Assembly: GCA_965215275.1 (NCBI GenBank)
Contig: OZ244044.1
Coordinates: forward strand, 1,600,001-1,664,000
Source: Thermodesulfobacteriota bacterium
Lineage (GTDB): Bacteria; Desulfobacterota_D; UBA1144; Nemesobacterales; JAJCZQ01
Reading direction: 5' to 3'
Length of the DNA stretch: 64,000 bases
Position numbers and translations under genes: made by a program. The notes beneath the pieces are model-generated. The model was not told the DNA's origin. It did not search any database and saw only the letters and a list, made by a program, of their open reading frames with translations. Shown piece by piece: positions 50,105-60,299 of the stretch (position 1 is the stretch's first letter; the number at the start of each line of letters is the position of its first letter).

Positions 50105-50474
50105 ATGGTCTGACCTATTTCAGTGAAGATTTCTATAATTTCTTAACCCCTGTCCAGGAAGATTAAAACGGTCTCCTGTCGTTTTATGATCACCTTAGGA
50201 AGAAGTTGCTGTTTAATGAATGGGAATTATCTGCCTGATTACCTGAAAACTTAGATTACTTCTCTGCACTGACCTTGAAGTTTTGAACGGGTCGTTTAGC
50301 AAAGAAATTATTCTTGACATTCGGTCAGGGTACAAAGTAGAATAGAAAAGTTATGAACATATCTTTTAGAGTAATACCCCCCCCTTTCTATCTAAGTTAG
50401 TAATTCCCTTTTTCTTTCTTCTGTGCCTTGTATCCATTGAGGCATATGGACAGATCAATAACTGTGACACCAGT
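50105..50474 (+). repeat. Duplicated segment copy 2
   Basis: Paralog of 48846-49231, includes TTGACA(50314)-18-TAGAAT and ATG 50353. Confidence 0.9.
50377..50384 (+). repeat. Poly-C tract (C8) frameshifting the signal peptide of locus 3
   Basis: ATG50353 MNISFRVIPPPFYLS*; C9 gives ...PFLSKLVIPFFFLLCLVSIEAYG-QINNCD...QWHLKNTG in frame with 50616..52106. Confidence 0.85.
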
Positions 50475-50615
50475 ACCACCGATCTCAATGATCCCTTATA
50501 CGGCTGTCAGTGGCATCTGAAAAATACAGGACAGCTTGGGGCTGTAACTACCTCTGGAGAAGATATAAACATAGAAGGGGTATGGGATGATAATGTATTC
50601 GGTGCTGGAATTAAT

Positions 50616-52106
50616 GTGGCGGTGGTAGATTATGGTATGCAAACCGGTCACGAGGACCTTGCTGATAATGTAAATACCAGCCTGAATCATGATTATTCAG
50701 GAAGCAGTAACATATACGACCCTTCAGAAACTCGTGGTACACGTGTATCGGGAGTTATAGCAGCAGTGGGAGATAACAGCCTTGGGGTAAGAGGCGTGGC
50801 ACCACAGGCAGGCATCTATAGTTATAATTTAGCTGGCAACTTCAGCGGTGCCAACGCAAAGGATGCCATGGTCCGTAACAGAGATACAACGGCTGTATCC
50901 GTCAACAACTGGGGACCGAATGACCTGCCTCTTCTCAGAGAGGCTTCATCAGATTGGGAAGAAGGAGTGGGAACGGGTATAAGTGAAGGGTTTGGTGGTA
51001 AAGGGGTATTTTATGTGTGGGCGGCCGGGGACGGAGATAAAAGGGCAGATCAGGCTAATTTTGATGAGTATTCCAGCTACTACGCTGTAACTGCCGTATG
51101 TTCGGTAGATGGAGAAGGGAACAAGAGTTCTTTTTCAGAAGAAGGAGTAAATCTTTGGGTATGTGCTCCAGGAGAAAATATTACAACTACTGATAATAAC
51201 AATGAATATATTTTTGATGCAAGTGGAACAGCATATTCAGCAGCACAGGTTGCAGGTGTGGCGGCACTGATGAGGGAGGTAAACGGTGACCTTAGCTGGA
51301 GAGACCTTAAACTGATACTTGCAACTTCAGCTCGTAAGAACGACGCTTCTGACACAAGCTGGGAGACGGGAGCACAGAAGTACGGTTCTGGTTCAGAAAA
51401 TTATAATTACAATCCTAAGTATGGTTTTGGTGTGGTAGATGCAGAAGCAGCAGCAGGACTTGCTGAAAGCTGGACTAATGTTCCAAGGATGAGAACTCAG
51501 ACCGTTTCCTCCGGGACTATTGATATGGCAATCATCGACCACGATGACATAACCGGAGTAGACGGAGAAACTATTTCCAGACTGACAATACCGGATACTT
51601 CTCTTTCTTTTACAGAGTTTGTAGAGGTTGAGTTTAATTTCTCTCACACGTTCTTGCCAGATCTGGAAATACAGATAACCTCCCCTGACGGTACTGTGTC
51701 ACAGCTTACTGAGGAATATACAGCAGGAGCGATATTACTCGTACTTAACACTTCACTCACTTCAAGTGACTTTGATTACACGAACAAAACTCATCGTTTT
51801 GGTTCAGCCAGGCACCTTGGAGAAGACCTTGCCGGAGAATGGATTTTGAAAATAACTGATCATCATAATGGAGGTTCAGGGATTTTACACTCGTGGAGCA
51901 TTAAAGTTTATGGTCACGGGAGGGAAGATACAGTTGCACCACCGCCACAAGGTCCAGTGTCAGATAGTGATACAGGTGGAGGAGGATGTGTGGTCTCTGA
52001 TCAGAACGAAGTTGTTTCGAATCTGCTTGGAGTAATGGCATGTCTGATGCTTATACCTGTATCAGCAGTGATCAGAAGAAAGATAAGGTCTCAGATAAAT
52101 ATGTAG
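50616..52106 (+). CDS. Degenerate S8 (kexin-like) plus P-domain surface protein with GGGC-TM-basic tail; true start probably 50353 across the poly-C tract
   Basis: Paralog of the N-terminal part of 10511..14488; frame open upstream to the C tract. Confidence 0.85.
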   Translation: MAVVDYGMQTGHEDLADNVNTSLNHDYSGSSNIYDPSETRGTRVSGVIAAVGDNSLGVRGVAPQAGIYSYNLAGNFSGANAKDAMVRNRDTTAVSVNNWGPNDLPLLREASSDWEEGVGTGISEGFGGKGVFYVWAAGDGDKRADQANFDEYSSYYAVTAVCSVDGEGNKSSFSEEGVNLWVCAPGENITTTDNNNEYIFDASGTAYSAAQVAGVAALMREVNGDLSWRDLKLILATSARKNDASDTSWETGAQKYGSGSENYNYNPKYGFGVVDAEAAAGLAESWTNVPRMRTQTVSSGTIDMAIIDHDDITGVDGETISRLTIPDTSLSFTEFVEVEFNFSHTFLPDLEIQITSPDGTVSQLTEEYTAGAILLVLNTSLTSSDFDYTNKTHRFGSARHLGEDLAGEWILKITDHHNGGSGILHSWSIKVYGHGREDTVAPPPQGPVSDSDTGGGGCVVSDQNEVVSNLLGVMACLMLIPVSAVIRRKIRSQINM

Positions 52107-52242
52107 CAACGCGGTCTTTTCCAGGACACTTAACTAACTAATATTTTCCCCATCAGAATATCTGCTGGCTGCGATACCTGTTCTTTAATATCAGGCAACA
52201 GAGCATGTAACGCCCGGTTTTTTTAATTAAAGGGCCGTCTGA

Positions 52243-52317
52243 TGGAGCCAACGAGGGGAGTCGAACCCCTGACCTGATCATTACGAGTGAACTGCTCTAC
52301 CACTGAGCTACGTTGGC
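52243..52317 (-). tRNA. tRNA-Thr(CGT)
   Basis: GCCAACGTAGCTCAGTGGTAGAGC...ctCGTaa...GGTTCGACTCCCCTCGTTGGCTCCA cloverleaf with encoded CCA. Confidence 0.96.
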
Positions 52318-52448
52318 TTTGCAAGAAAATTTAAAAGATCCATACGATCTGTAATCGTTACGGTTAAACAGTATACAGTAAAGTGCCTGTTTACTAAATC
52401 ATGCGGGAGATATTGGTTTAACATTAAACGCACCGGCAAATTTCGCTG

Positions 52449-53855
52449 TTATGTTTCGGACGACGCACCGGTCAAAATAAGGTCTGCGGCTTTTTGTCCG
52501 CTTTTAATGCAATCTGGTATTCCTATACCGTCATACGCGTTACCCGCAACTGCTACGGTTCCCAGACCCGCCGTTATATGATCTATCTTTTTGATCAGGT
52601 CTGAATGTCCTAAATTGTATTGAGGTATAGCGTTAAGGTATTTTTTTATTCTGACGAACAGGGGTTTTATATCTGTGTTCAGTATCAGTCTGAACTCGTC
52701 GATAAGCAGATCGGTTATTTCATGTTCATTTTTACGGGTCAGGTTCAGATTAAGCGTTCCGCCGGCAAAACATCTGACCGTTTCGTACCCTTCTTTACTC
52801 ATATACGGGAATTTACGACTTGTGAAAGAGCACGCCAGTATGTTCATTTTTTCTGAAGGAGGAACAACGATACCTATGCCTTCGGGAAAATCCTTCAGGT
52901 CTTTTCTTGAAACTGCCATGTTGACGACGACCGAGGACGCACATTCGATCTTTCCCAGCGTACTGGACAGACCAGCGTCTATGCCTTTAGCAAGTTCAGA
53001 CGCGGTATCAGGGGGAACTGCAAGAACGACCGCGTCAGCAATGTACGTGTTATTTCTCGTGTCCTTTAGTATCCAGCCGTTACCTTCTCTGGAAATTGAC
53101 GTTACCTCACGTCCATAATGAAAATTAACCCCGCTTATAGCTTTAACAAGGCCGTCGACCAGTCTGCTCATACCTCCCTGAAGAGATAAGAACAGGCCAT
53201 ATCTTGCTCCGCTTTCAGCTTTTGAAGGTGAATACTTTTCCTGCAACCCTTTGATCACGCTACCGAATTTTTTCTCCATTGATATAAATTCGGGTAAGAC
53301 GGAGGCAGCGCTCAGCTTTTTTGTATCCCCGGTATAGATCCCTCCGAGCAGGGGTTTGGCGGCTTTTTCCAGAAGGGCGTTCCCAAATCTCCTTTTAACG
53401 AACTCATCCACGCTCTCTTCCTCTTCGGTCTCTTTTACCGGGACGTGCTGTTCGTATAATATCCTTTCCTTTTCCTCCACGGAGAAAAAATCGCTCATCA
53501 TAAATGAATTTAAATCTGAAGGGGACATGAGAAAAAAACCATCTGGCAGGGCTTTCAGTTTGCCACCCAGATATACAAAGCATTTTCTGTTGTTCGTGTT
53601 GACGGGGATCAGCTCGGGTCCTAATCCTACCTCCCTGCTTATCTCCAGTGCCCAGGGCTTTGAAGTAATAAAGGAATCGGCTCCTTCTTCAACTATAAAT
53701 CCGTCTTCTTTTAAGGTGGAGATCGTTCCTCCCGGCGTGTTGCTTTTCTCTATTATATCTATCTCCAGAGCCGCTCCGAGTTCTTCGGTAAGTTTACTCA
53801 GATGGTATGCACTGCTTAAACCGGAGATGCCGGCACCAATTATTGCGATCTTCAT
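52449..53855 (-). CDS. hemY: Protoporphyrinogen/coproporphyrinogen oxidase, HemY family
   Basis: IIGAGISGL, EEGADSF, IPQY..GH, GIGIPDCI. Confidence 0.9.
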   Translation of the reverse strand: MKIAIIGAGISGLSSAYHLSKLTEELGAALEIDIIEKSNTPGGTISTLKEDGFIVEEGADSFITSKPWALEISREVGLGPELIPVNTNNRKCFVYLGGKLKALPDGFFLMSPSDLNSFMMSDFFSVEEKERILYEQHVPVKETEEEESVDEFVKRRFGNALLEKAAKPLLGGIYTGDTKKLSAASVLPEFISMEKKFGSVIKGLQEKYSPSKAESGARYGLFLSLQGGMSRLVDGLVKAISGVNFHYGREVTSISREGNGWILKDTRNNTYIADAVVLAVPPDTASELAKGIDAGLSSTLGKIECASSVVVNMAVSRKDLKDFPEGIGIVVPPSEKMNILACSFTSRKFPYMSKEGYETVRCFAGGTLNLNLTRKNEHEITDLLIDEFRLILNTDIKPLFVRIKKYLNAIPQYNLGHSDLIKKIDHITAGLGTVAVAGNAYDGIGIPDCIKSGQKAADLILTGASSET

Positions 53856-53864
53856 CGGGTAGCT

Positions 53865-54824
53865 CTATTGACGTGGCATGTGTCTTACGACCTCGTCACG
53901 GATAGCTCTGATGAACAGGTCATTGTCGTTGACGGTCTTGGCAACGTGTAAGTTCACTCCGGCTTTTTCCGCGGTTTCGCGGGCCTCTATGCCGATGTCG
54001 AAAAGCACTTCAACGTGGTCACACATAAATCCTATTGCCTGTATCACTATGTTCTTTATTCCCTTGTTCCCCAGTTCCTCTATAACGTCGCAGACGTCAG
54101 GTTCAAGCCAGGGAGTATCGGGAGAACCACTTCTGCTCTGGTAGGCGGTCATCCAGTTCCTGTGCTGCAGGTTTTCCGCAACTAATCTGGCTGATCTTTC
54201 GAACTGTGTAGCATAAGGTGAGGCTTCGGCCATTTTTACGGGGATACTGTGTGCCGTAAATATTAGTTTTGTGTTTTCCAGCTCCGGACCGTTTATTTTC
54301 TCAAGACATTTTCTGATCTGAGCGCTGCTGCTCTCTATGAACAGGGGATTATCAAAAAGTGGCTCGGTATAAACGAACTCTATATCAGCCCCTGACCTTG
54401 CAACTGCCTCGCTGACGTCCCTTTGATATCTTTGCCAGCTGGCGTCGCACTGGTGCAGAGCCATTATCACGCCTATTGCCCTGCTGACCCCCAGGTCCGC
54501 TATCTTTTTTACGCTGTCGTATATAAAAGGATGCCAGTTCCTCATACCGATAAACACCGGGACCTCGTATCCGTCTTCTGATAACATATCCTCTAATTTT
54601 TCTGCCTGCTTTCTCGTCAGGTCGTTCAGAGGTGATCTGCCGCCAATGAGCTTATAATGATGTGCCACTTCTTTTAACCTGTCTTCAGGTATTGAAAATC
54701 CACTGGCTACGTTTTTAAGAAAGGGGATCACGTCTTCGGGTTTTTCAGGACCTCCGTACCCTATGAGCAGCACCGCTGTATTTTGAGGTTCGTTCTTGAG
54801 CCTGGTTGCTGTGTTCTTATTCAC
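53865..54824 (-). CDS. hemH: Ferrochelatase
   Basis: GGRSPL, GMRNWHP, FTAHSIP, WLEPD, DHVEVLFD. Confidence 0.94.
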   Translation of the reverse strand: MNKNTATRLKNEPQNTAVLLIGYGGPEKPEDVIPFLKNVASGFSIPEDRLKEVAHHYKLIGGRSPLNDLTRKQAEKLEDMLSEDGYEVPVFIGMRNWHPFIYDSVKKIADLGVSRAIGVIMALHQCDASWQRYQRDVSEAVARSGADIEFVYTEPLFDNPLFIESSSAQIRKCLEKINGPELENTKLIFTAHSIPVKMAEASPYATQFERSARLVAENLQHRNWMTAYQSRSGSPDTPWLEPDVCDVIEELGNKGIKNIVIQAIGFMCDHVEVLFDIGIEARETAEKAGVNLHVAKTVNDNDLFIRAIRDEVVRHMPRQ

Positions 54825-54901
54825 TGAGGTCAGTACTATATAAGTTCAAATTGGAATTTACTGCGAGTTATTATACCACCGGTCTCTGCGTCTTGCGTCC
54901 C

Positions 54902-56860
54902 TTACTTGTTTTTGTTCATTTTATACGAATGCTCATGGACGGTGTCAACTAAGGACAGAACGTTGTCCACGGGAGTGTTGGGCAATATGCCGTGACCAAG
55001 ATTAAAGATATGTCCCGGTCTGCCGCCTGCCTCGTTAAGTATCCTCTTTGCCTCCTCATTGACCCGTGACCGGGTGGAAAGCAGGACTACCGGGTCCATA
55101 TTACCCTGTATTGCCTTGTTGTAACCTATCTGCTTCCATGCTGTTTTTATACTGACCTTCCAGTCAACGCCCACGACCCCGCAGCCTGTCCTGGCGATCT
55201 GCTTCAGGAGCGATGACGTGTCCGTGCCAAAAAGGATCACCGGCACGTTCCTGTCTATCATGCTCACAAGTTTTTTTGTATACGGAAAAACAAACTCCCT
55301 GTAGTCTCCGGGAGATAGGCAGCCGACCCAGCTGTCGAATATCTGAACGGCGTCTGCACCTGCTTCGATCTGTCCGTTCAGATAGGCCGCGGTGGCATCG
55401 GTAAGTCCGTTCATAAGCAGGTCCCATGATTCGGGGTCCTGAAGCATCAAGGTCTTGGTTTTTGCATAATTTTTGGACCCGCTTCCCTCGATCGCGTAAG
55501 ACGCAAGTGTGAAAGGAGCTCCGGAAAAACCTATTAATGCTTTCCCGGGGTCTAAGGCCTTTCTGGTCAGCCTGATGGCGTCGTAGACGAACTTCATCGA
55601 ATCCGGCTCGAACTCGGGAAGTGAACTGATCGACGATGAGGAGCCGAGTTTCTTACTTATCCTCGGTCCGTCGTTTGTTTGATATTCCAGGTCGAGCCCG
55701 AACGATTCCAGTATAAGCAGAATATCTGAAAATATTATAGCAGCGTCTACGTTCAGCTTTTCAGCCGCCATGAGAGTGACCTCAGCGGCAAGGTCACGGG
55801 TCTTGCACATCTCTGTAAAGGAGACCTTTGATCTGATCTGTCTGTACTCCCTAAGGAAACGTCCAGCCTGTCTCATGATCCAGACGGGTGTATAATCCGT
55901 TGTCTCAAGGTTGCAGGCTTTCAGAAAGACCGGATCTCGTTTTGCATTTTTAGGTCGAGGACCCTGAACGTTTTCCCATACCATGTCGGTCCTTTTCCAG
56001 TTAACGGTCTTTATTCCAAGACCTCGTGCCTTTCTTTTTTTGGTTAAAAGCCTGTTTGCCGTTCTGGCGAGTTCTCTGACCAGGTTTCCCATCCTGGGAT
56101 CGTTTGGTTCGTAATCTGCCGAGATCCCGTATTTTTTCAGGGTTTCCGTTGTAGTTGGCCCTATGGAGCCGATCACGACGTTGGATAATCCTTCATATAG
56201 ATCGTTCTTTGATCCCAGGTCAGAAGCAAGGCTGACGAGATTTACGACCTGTTGTGAACTTGTGAACAGAACAACGTCTTCATCCTTGCTGTGTATCGAC
56301 CGTATTGCAGTTTTAAGGGGCTGCAGGTCATCAGGGAAACCCCACTTGTACACGGTTATGGTCTTTACCTTTGCTCCTCTGTCCTCAAGGTTTTTTAGAA
56401 ATTCCCTGTTCTTGGCACCGTATTCCTGGACATAAATGGTTTTATTTTTAATTTCTAACTCCGAGTCCATGGTAGACAGAACGTCTTTCCATGTGTTTGG
56501 TGAGGGGATCGTTATATCAGGCTTTATACTTATCTCCCTCAGTGCCGCAACGGGTTTTGGACCTCTTGTGACCACGGTGACGTTCTGCAAAGCCGTAGTG
56601 TACTTTTCAAAACCGTCTTTCTTTGTCATAAGGTCAGACAGCATTCGTGTTCCGACCCCGGTGAATAAAACAAGGATATGGACCTTATTGCCGTAAAGGT
56701 CCTTGGCAAAACCGGATATGTCCTTTGACTGTACCGGTACTTCCTTCATGGACGGGGACACTCTGGGAACGCCGTTGTGATAGATGATCAGCCTTTCCAT
56801 TACATTTGAAAGACGGCTTTCAAATGAAGTGACCTTCAGTTTGTTAAAGTGTTCTGTCAT
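54902..56860 (-). CDS. hemE: Uroporphyrinogen-III synthase (HemD)-uroporphyrinogen decarboxylase (HemE) fusion
   Basis: N-terminal RGPKP, VYKW, FTSS, SIGPTT (HemD); C-terminal PVWIMRQAGR, FSDIL, FNLGHG (HemE). Confidence 0.9.
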   Translation of the reverse strand: MTEHFNKLKVTSFESRLSNVMERLIIYHNGVPRVSPSMKEVPVQSKDISGFAKDLYGNKVHILVLFTGVGTRMLSDLMTKKDGFEKYTTALQNVTVVTRGPKPVAALREISIKPDITIPSPNTWKDVLSTMDSELEIKNKTIYVQEYGAKNREFLKNLEDRGAKVKTITVYKWGFPDDLQPLKTAIRSIHSKDEDVVLFTSSQQVVNLVSLASDLGSKNDLYEGLSNVVIGSIGPTTTETLKKYGISADYEPNDPRMGNLVRELARTANRLLTKKRKARGLGIKTVNWKRTDMVWENVQGPRPKNAKRDPVFLKACNLETTDYTPVWIMRQAGRFLREYRQIRSKVSFTEMCKTRDLAAEVTLMAAEKLNVDAAIIFSDILLILESFGLDLEYQTNDGPRISKKLGSSSSISSLPEFEPDSMKFVYDAIRLTRKALDPGKALIGFSGAPFTLASYAIEGSGSKNYAKTKTLMLQDPESWDLLMNGLTDATAAYLNGQIEAGADAVQIFDSWVGCLSPGDYREFVFPYTKKLVSMIDRNVPVILFGTDTSSLLKQIARTGCGVVGVDWKVSIKTAWKQIGYNKAIQGNMDPVVLLSTRSRVNEEAKRILNEAGGRPGHIFNLGHGILPNTPVDNVLSLVDTVHEHSYKMNKNK

Positions 56861-56980
56861 GCAGGTAACCTGTTATGAACTGTACGTAACTGCTCACCTA
56901 ATTTATCCGTTATAATTGATTTTTCTAATTATTGTTGAGATACTTTTAGCAGATTATCTTTTTTTACTGGAATTATTTCA

Positions 56981-58249
56981 TTGTCATTTTCCGTCTACTA
57001 TAAGAACGATGAGCTTTATATGGAGGGCGTTCCCGTCAGGGAAGTTGCCGAAAGCGTTGGGACCCCGTGTTTTCTTTACAGTCACAGGTCGATAGTGGAC
57101 AGCTTTAACGGCTACTCGAAGGCCCTTTCAGATATAGATCACGTGATCTGTTTTTCGGTCAAAGCCAATTCCAATATTGCGGTCCTCAGGCTGTTTGCCG
57201 ATATGGACGCCGGCTTTGATATAGTGTCCGCTGGAGAATTAAGCCGCGTTATCAAAGCAGGTGGCGATATGGCTAAAGTAGTTTTTTCAGGCGTTGGCAA
57301 GAAGGAAGCGGAGATAGCGGCTGCCATAGACGCTGGAATACTTTTTTTTAACGTTGAGTCCGTCGAGGAACTTAACTGCATTAACGAGACCGGTATGAAA
57401 ATGGGAAGGAAAGCCCCGGTCGCCCTGAGGGTCAATCCGGATATAAATCCCAGAACGCACCGTTATATCTCCACGGGTTTTAAAAAGAGTAAATTCGGAA
57501 TTCAGCTGGACAGGTCCGTTCAGATATATAAAAATGCTTCAAAAATGGAAGGGATAGAGATAGTTGGAATAGATGCACATATCGGATCTCAGATATTCGA
57601 CCTGTCCTCATTTACCGATTCTGTGGAAAGACTGGTCTTGCTTGCTGACACGTTAAAAGGTGAAGGTATTGATATCAGATATATGGATATAGGGGGTGGG
57701 CTGGCCATAAATTATAAAGCGGACGAGACGCCTCCTTCTGTCGTTGAGTACGCCGAGGTCATTAAAAAGGTCATATCTGAAAAAAGCCCTTATACAGTAA
57801 TAGTTGAACCGGGACGTTCATTAATTGGCAATTCAGGTATAATGGTAACGGAGGTCCTGTATAACAAAGAAGGGACTTCTAAAGATTTTGTTATTGTTGA
57901 TGCTGCTATGAACGACTTGATAAGGCCTGCTTTTTACGACGCTCACCATGAGATCGTTCCGGTTAATATATCAAATTCCGGAACCTGCAAGGTTGATGTA
58001 GTGGGTCCGATCTGCGAGTCTGGGGATTTCCTGGCAACTGATCGAGAACTCCCTGCCGTTTCAAGAGGGGATTACCTGTCGGTGCTAAGTGCCGGAGCCT
58101 ATGGATTTGTTATGTCCTCTAATTACAACTCAAGAACGAGGGCACCTGAAGTAATGGTAAAAGAAAACGAATTTGAGATAATAAAACAAAGAGAGACGTT
58201 TGATGATCTGATCAAAGGAGAAAGGATACCGGGGTTTTTTAAGAGTTAA
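56981..58249 (+). CDS. lysA: Diaminopimelate decarboxylase
   Basis: VKANSN, HIGSQ, EPGRS, GPICESGD, MSSNYNSR. Confidence 0.96.
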   Translation: MSFSVYYKNDELYMEGVPVREVAESVGTPCFLYSHRSIVDSFNGYSKALSDIDHVICFSVKANSNIAVLRLFADMDAGFDIVSAGELSRVIKAGGDMAKVVFSGVGKKEAEIAAAIDAGILFFNVESVEELNCINETGMKMGRKAPVALRVNPDINPRTHRYISTGFKKSKFGIQLDRSVQIYKNASKMEGIEIVGIDAHIGSQIFDLSSFTDSVERLVLLADTLKGEGIDIRYMDIGGGLAINYKADETPPSVVEYAEVIKKVISEKSPYTVIVEPGRSLIGNSGIMVTEVLYNKEGTSKDFVIVDAAMNDLIRPAFYDAHHEIVPVNISNSGTCKVDVVGPICESGDFLATDRELPAVSRGDYLSVLSAGAYGFVMSSNYNSRTRAPEVMVKENEFEIIKQRETFDDLIKGERIPGFFKS

Positions 58250-58313
58250 GGGATCTACGACCTTAATTATCTTTCATGTAATAAAAAACTAATAAAGTAA
58301 TCAGGAGATACAA

Positions 58314-58952
58314 ATGGACATTGTTAGCTCATTTGCCGAACTGGCACATAAAACGGGTGTATTTATATACCCACTTCTTCTATGTTCCGTAATAGGAGTT
58401 GCAGTCTTTCTTGAAAAATACTGGCAGCTGAGAGATAAGAACATCCTTCCGGGTGCTTTTCTTGGCAGATTATACGACCTGCTGGGTAAGGGCAAGATCG
58501 AAGATGCCAGGGATTTCTGTAACGGGGATGACTCTGTGATCTCCAGGATAGCCGTCGTCGCGATAGAATCACGTGACTTTACAAAAGATCACAGAATGGA
58601 GGAACTGGAAAGAGTTGGACATAACGAAGTGTTTAATTTAGGCAGGCACATAGAGATCCTGGGCGTTATCAGTACCATAAGCACTCTGCTTGGGCTGCTC
58701 GGGACGATCTCCGGTATGATAAAGATCTTCAGCGTGATCTCTTCGCAGGACGTTGTAAATCCGCCGGCGTTGGCAGGGGGAATATCAGAGGCACTGTACA
58801 CGACCGCTGTGGGGCTTTCCATAGCGATCCTTACCTTTCTTGCCTACAAATACATATCGGCAAAGTACGAAGAGTTCGTTATCCTGCTTGAGCAAGAGGG
58901 CGTGAGGATCATGGAAGTTATTTTGGAATCCCAGAACGCCCCATCTAAATGA
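58314..58952 (+). CDS. exbB: MotA/TolQ/ExbB proton channel protein
   Basis: LLGLLGTISGM, GISEALYTTA.GL. Confidence 0.85.
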   Translation: MDIVSSFAELAHKTGVFIYPLLLCSVIGVAVFLEKYWQLRDKNILPGAFLGRLYDLLGKGKIEDARDFCNGDDSVISRIAVVAIESRDFTKDHRMEELERVGHNEVFNLGRHIEILGVISTISTLLGLLGTISGMIKIFSVISSQDVVNPPALAGGISEALYTTAVGLSIAILTFLAYKYISAKYEEFVILLEQEGVRIMEVILESQNAPSK

Positions 58953-59362
58953 TCATGAAATTCAGACGCAGTAAAGCAGAAACGGTTTCATCATTAACCC
59001 TTGATATAACTCCACTGGTGGACGTTGTGTTCAATATGCTTATATTCTTTGCACTGACCTTGAACTTTGCGATGTCGGACAGTATTAAGGTCAACCTCCC
59101 TGCCTCTTCTGCAAAAGCCAGTAAACCACCAGCGGAAAGTATAAAAATAAGTATAGACAAAGATGGGACCGTATTTTACAACGAAGACACGGCTTCCTTA
59201 AAAGAGGTCAGACAGTATCTGAGGTCCACAGGTGACAAGAGATCAGTTGTTATTATAAGGGCGGATACCCAGGTGCTGCACGGAAAAGTGGTACAGATCA
59301 TGGATATGGCAAAATCTGAAGGATTTTCAAAACTTTCCATAGCGGTTGAAAGAAAGAACTGA
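58949..59362 (+). CDS. exbD: ExbD/TolR biopolymer transport protein
   Basis: ITPLVDVVF.MLIFF, IRAD. Confidence 0.88.
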   Translation: MIMKFRRSKAETVSSLTLDITPLVDVVFNMLIFFALTLNFAMSDSIKVNLPASSAKASKPPAESIKISIDKDGTVFYNEDTASLKEVRQYLRSTGDKRSVVIIRADTQVLHGKVVQIMDMAKSEGFSKLSIAVERKN

Positions 59363-59442
59363 TTTGCAGTTTAAGGATAAAATGACAGAATTACCAATAA
59401 TTTTATAGAGTTTCAAGAACTTGGAAGGAGGTTGAGAAAAAA

Positions 59443-59943
59443 TTGAGTAAGACAAGAAGTGATGAACATTTTTATGTAGGTAAAGGAGGAGAACATTTGG
59501 TATGTAGTGAACTTTTATTTCACAAATTCGACGCAAGCATAATGAGCGTTGATACGGGAATAGACATTGCTGTTGTTAAAGACAATAGGTTTTTTGGTAT
59601 TCAGGTTAAAACATCCCAACCTCGTAAAAAAACCAAGTTCTCCACCAATTACAGCTGGACTATTTCAAGAAGTTCTATGGAGAAGCACAATAAAAGTAAT
59701 ATTTTTTACATCTTTGTTTTGATAGATGGTCTAAAGAAAGATTGTTTAATTTTACCGTTAACTGAAATGGAGAAACGCATCGACCAAGGAATAATCAAGG
59801 TTGTAAATCAAAACAGTGATAAATATAAATCTTCATATTCAATAGCAGTAAAATTTAAAAATGACAAATATTATCTTGGTCGTGGTACCACTCACGAAAA
59901 CGAAATGACTTACTTCTTAAATAACTGGGATATTATTAAATAA
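59443..59943 (+). CDS. PD-(D/E)xK-superfamily nuclease-like protein
   Basis: GE.LV.SEL...D.GID...IQVKT; AAGGAGG RBS; AT-rich. Confidence 0.7.
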   Translation: MSKTRSDEHFYVGKGGEHLVCSELLFHKFDASIMSVDTGIDIAVVKDNRFFGIQVKTSQPRKKTKFSTNYSWTISRSSMEKHNKSNIFYIFVLIDGLKKDCLILPLTEMEKRIDQGIIKVVNQNSDKYKSSYSIAVKFKNDKYYLGRGTTHENEMTYFLNNWDIIK

Positions 59944-60299
59944 GGGATTATATATGCCTAATTACTAAAGAAACTTTAACTCAAATATGGTATTGCTCTA
60001 ACTAAAATATCAACAATGATTTTCTCTTATTTCAAGTTATTTATATGATTTTCGTTTCTTTAGTTCGTTAAAGTTCAATAAGTTTTCATTCGAGCTTGGT
60101 CCACTTCTTTTTTACTGATTTGAAATCACCGGTCGTATCCCTGTATCTGATATTGTTACCTTCCTGAATGGTCATGATCTGTACCCGTGACCCGTTCTGC
60201 GTACCGGGTTCTTTCGGGATAGTTTTATCCGGATGGTCTGGATGAATCCTTAATTTTGGTTTAAACTAATATAATCGACAATAATAAGGTAAGCAGATA

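Noticed and set aside
50222..50230. GGGAATTAT as another element end
   Set aside because: It lies inside the duplicated promoter segment whose other copy reads GGGGATCAT; no partner end or TSD.
48846..52317. Integrative island at tRNA-Thr
   Set aside because: No integrase and no duplicated tRNA 3' end seen.
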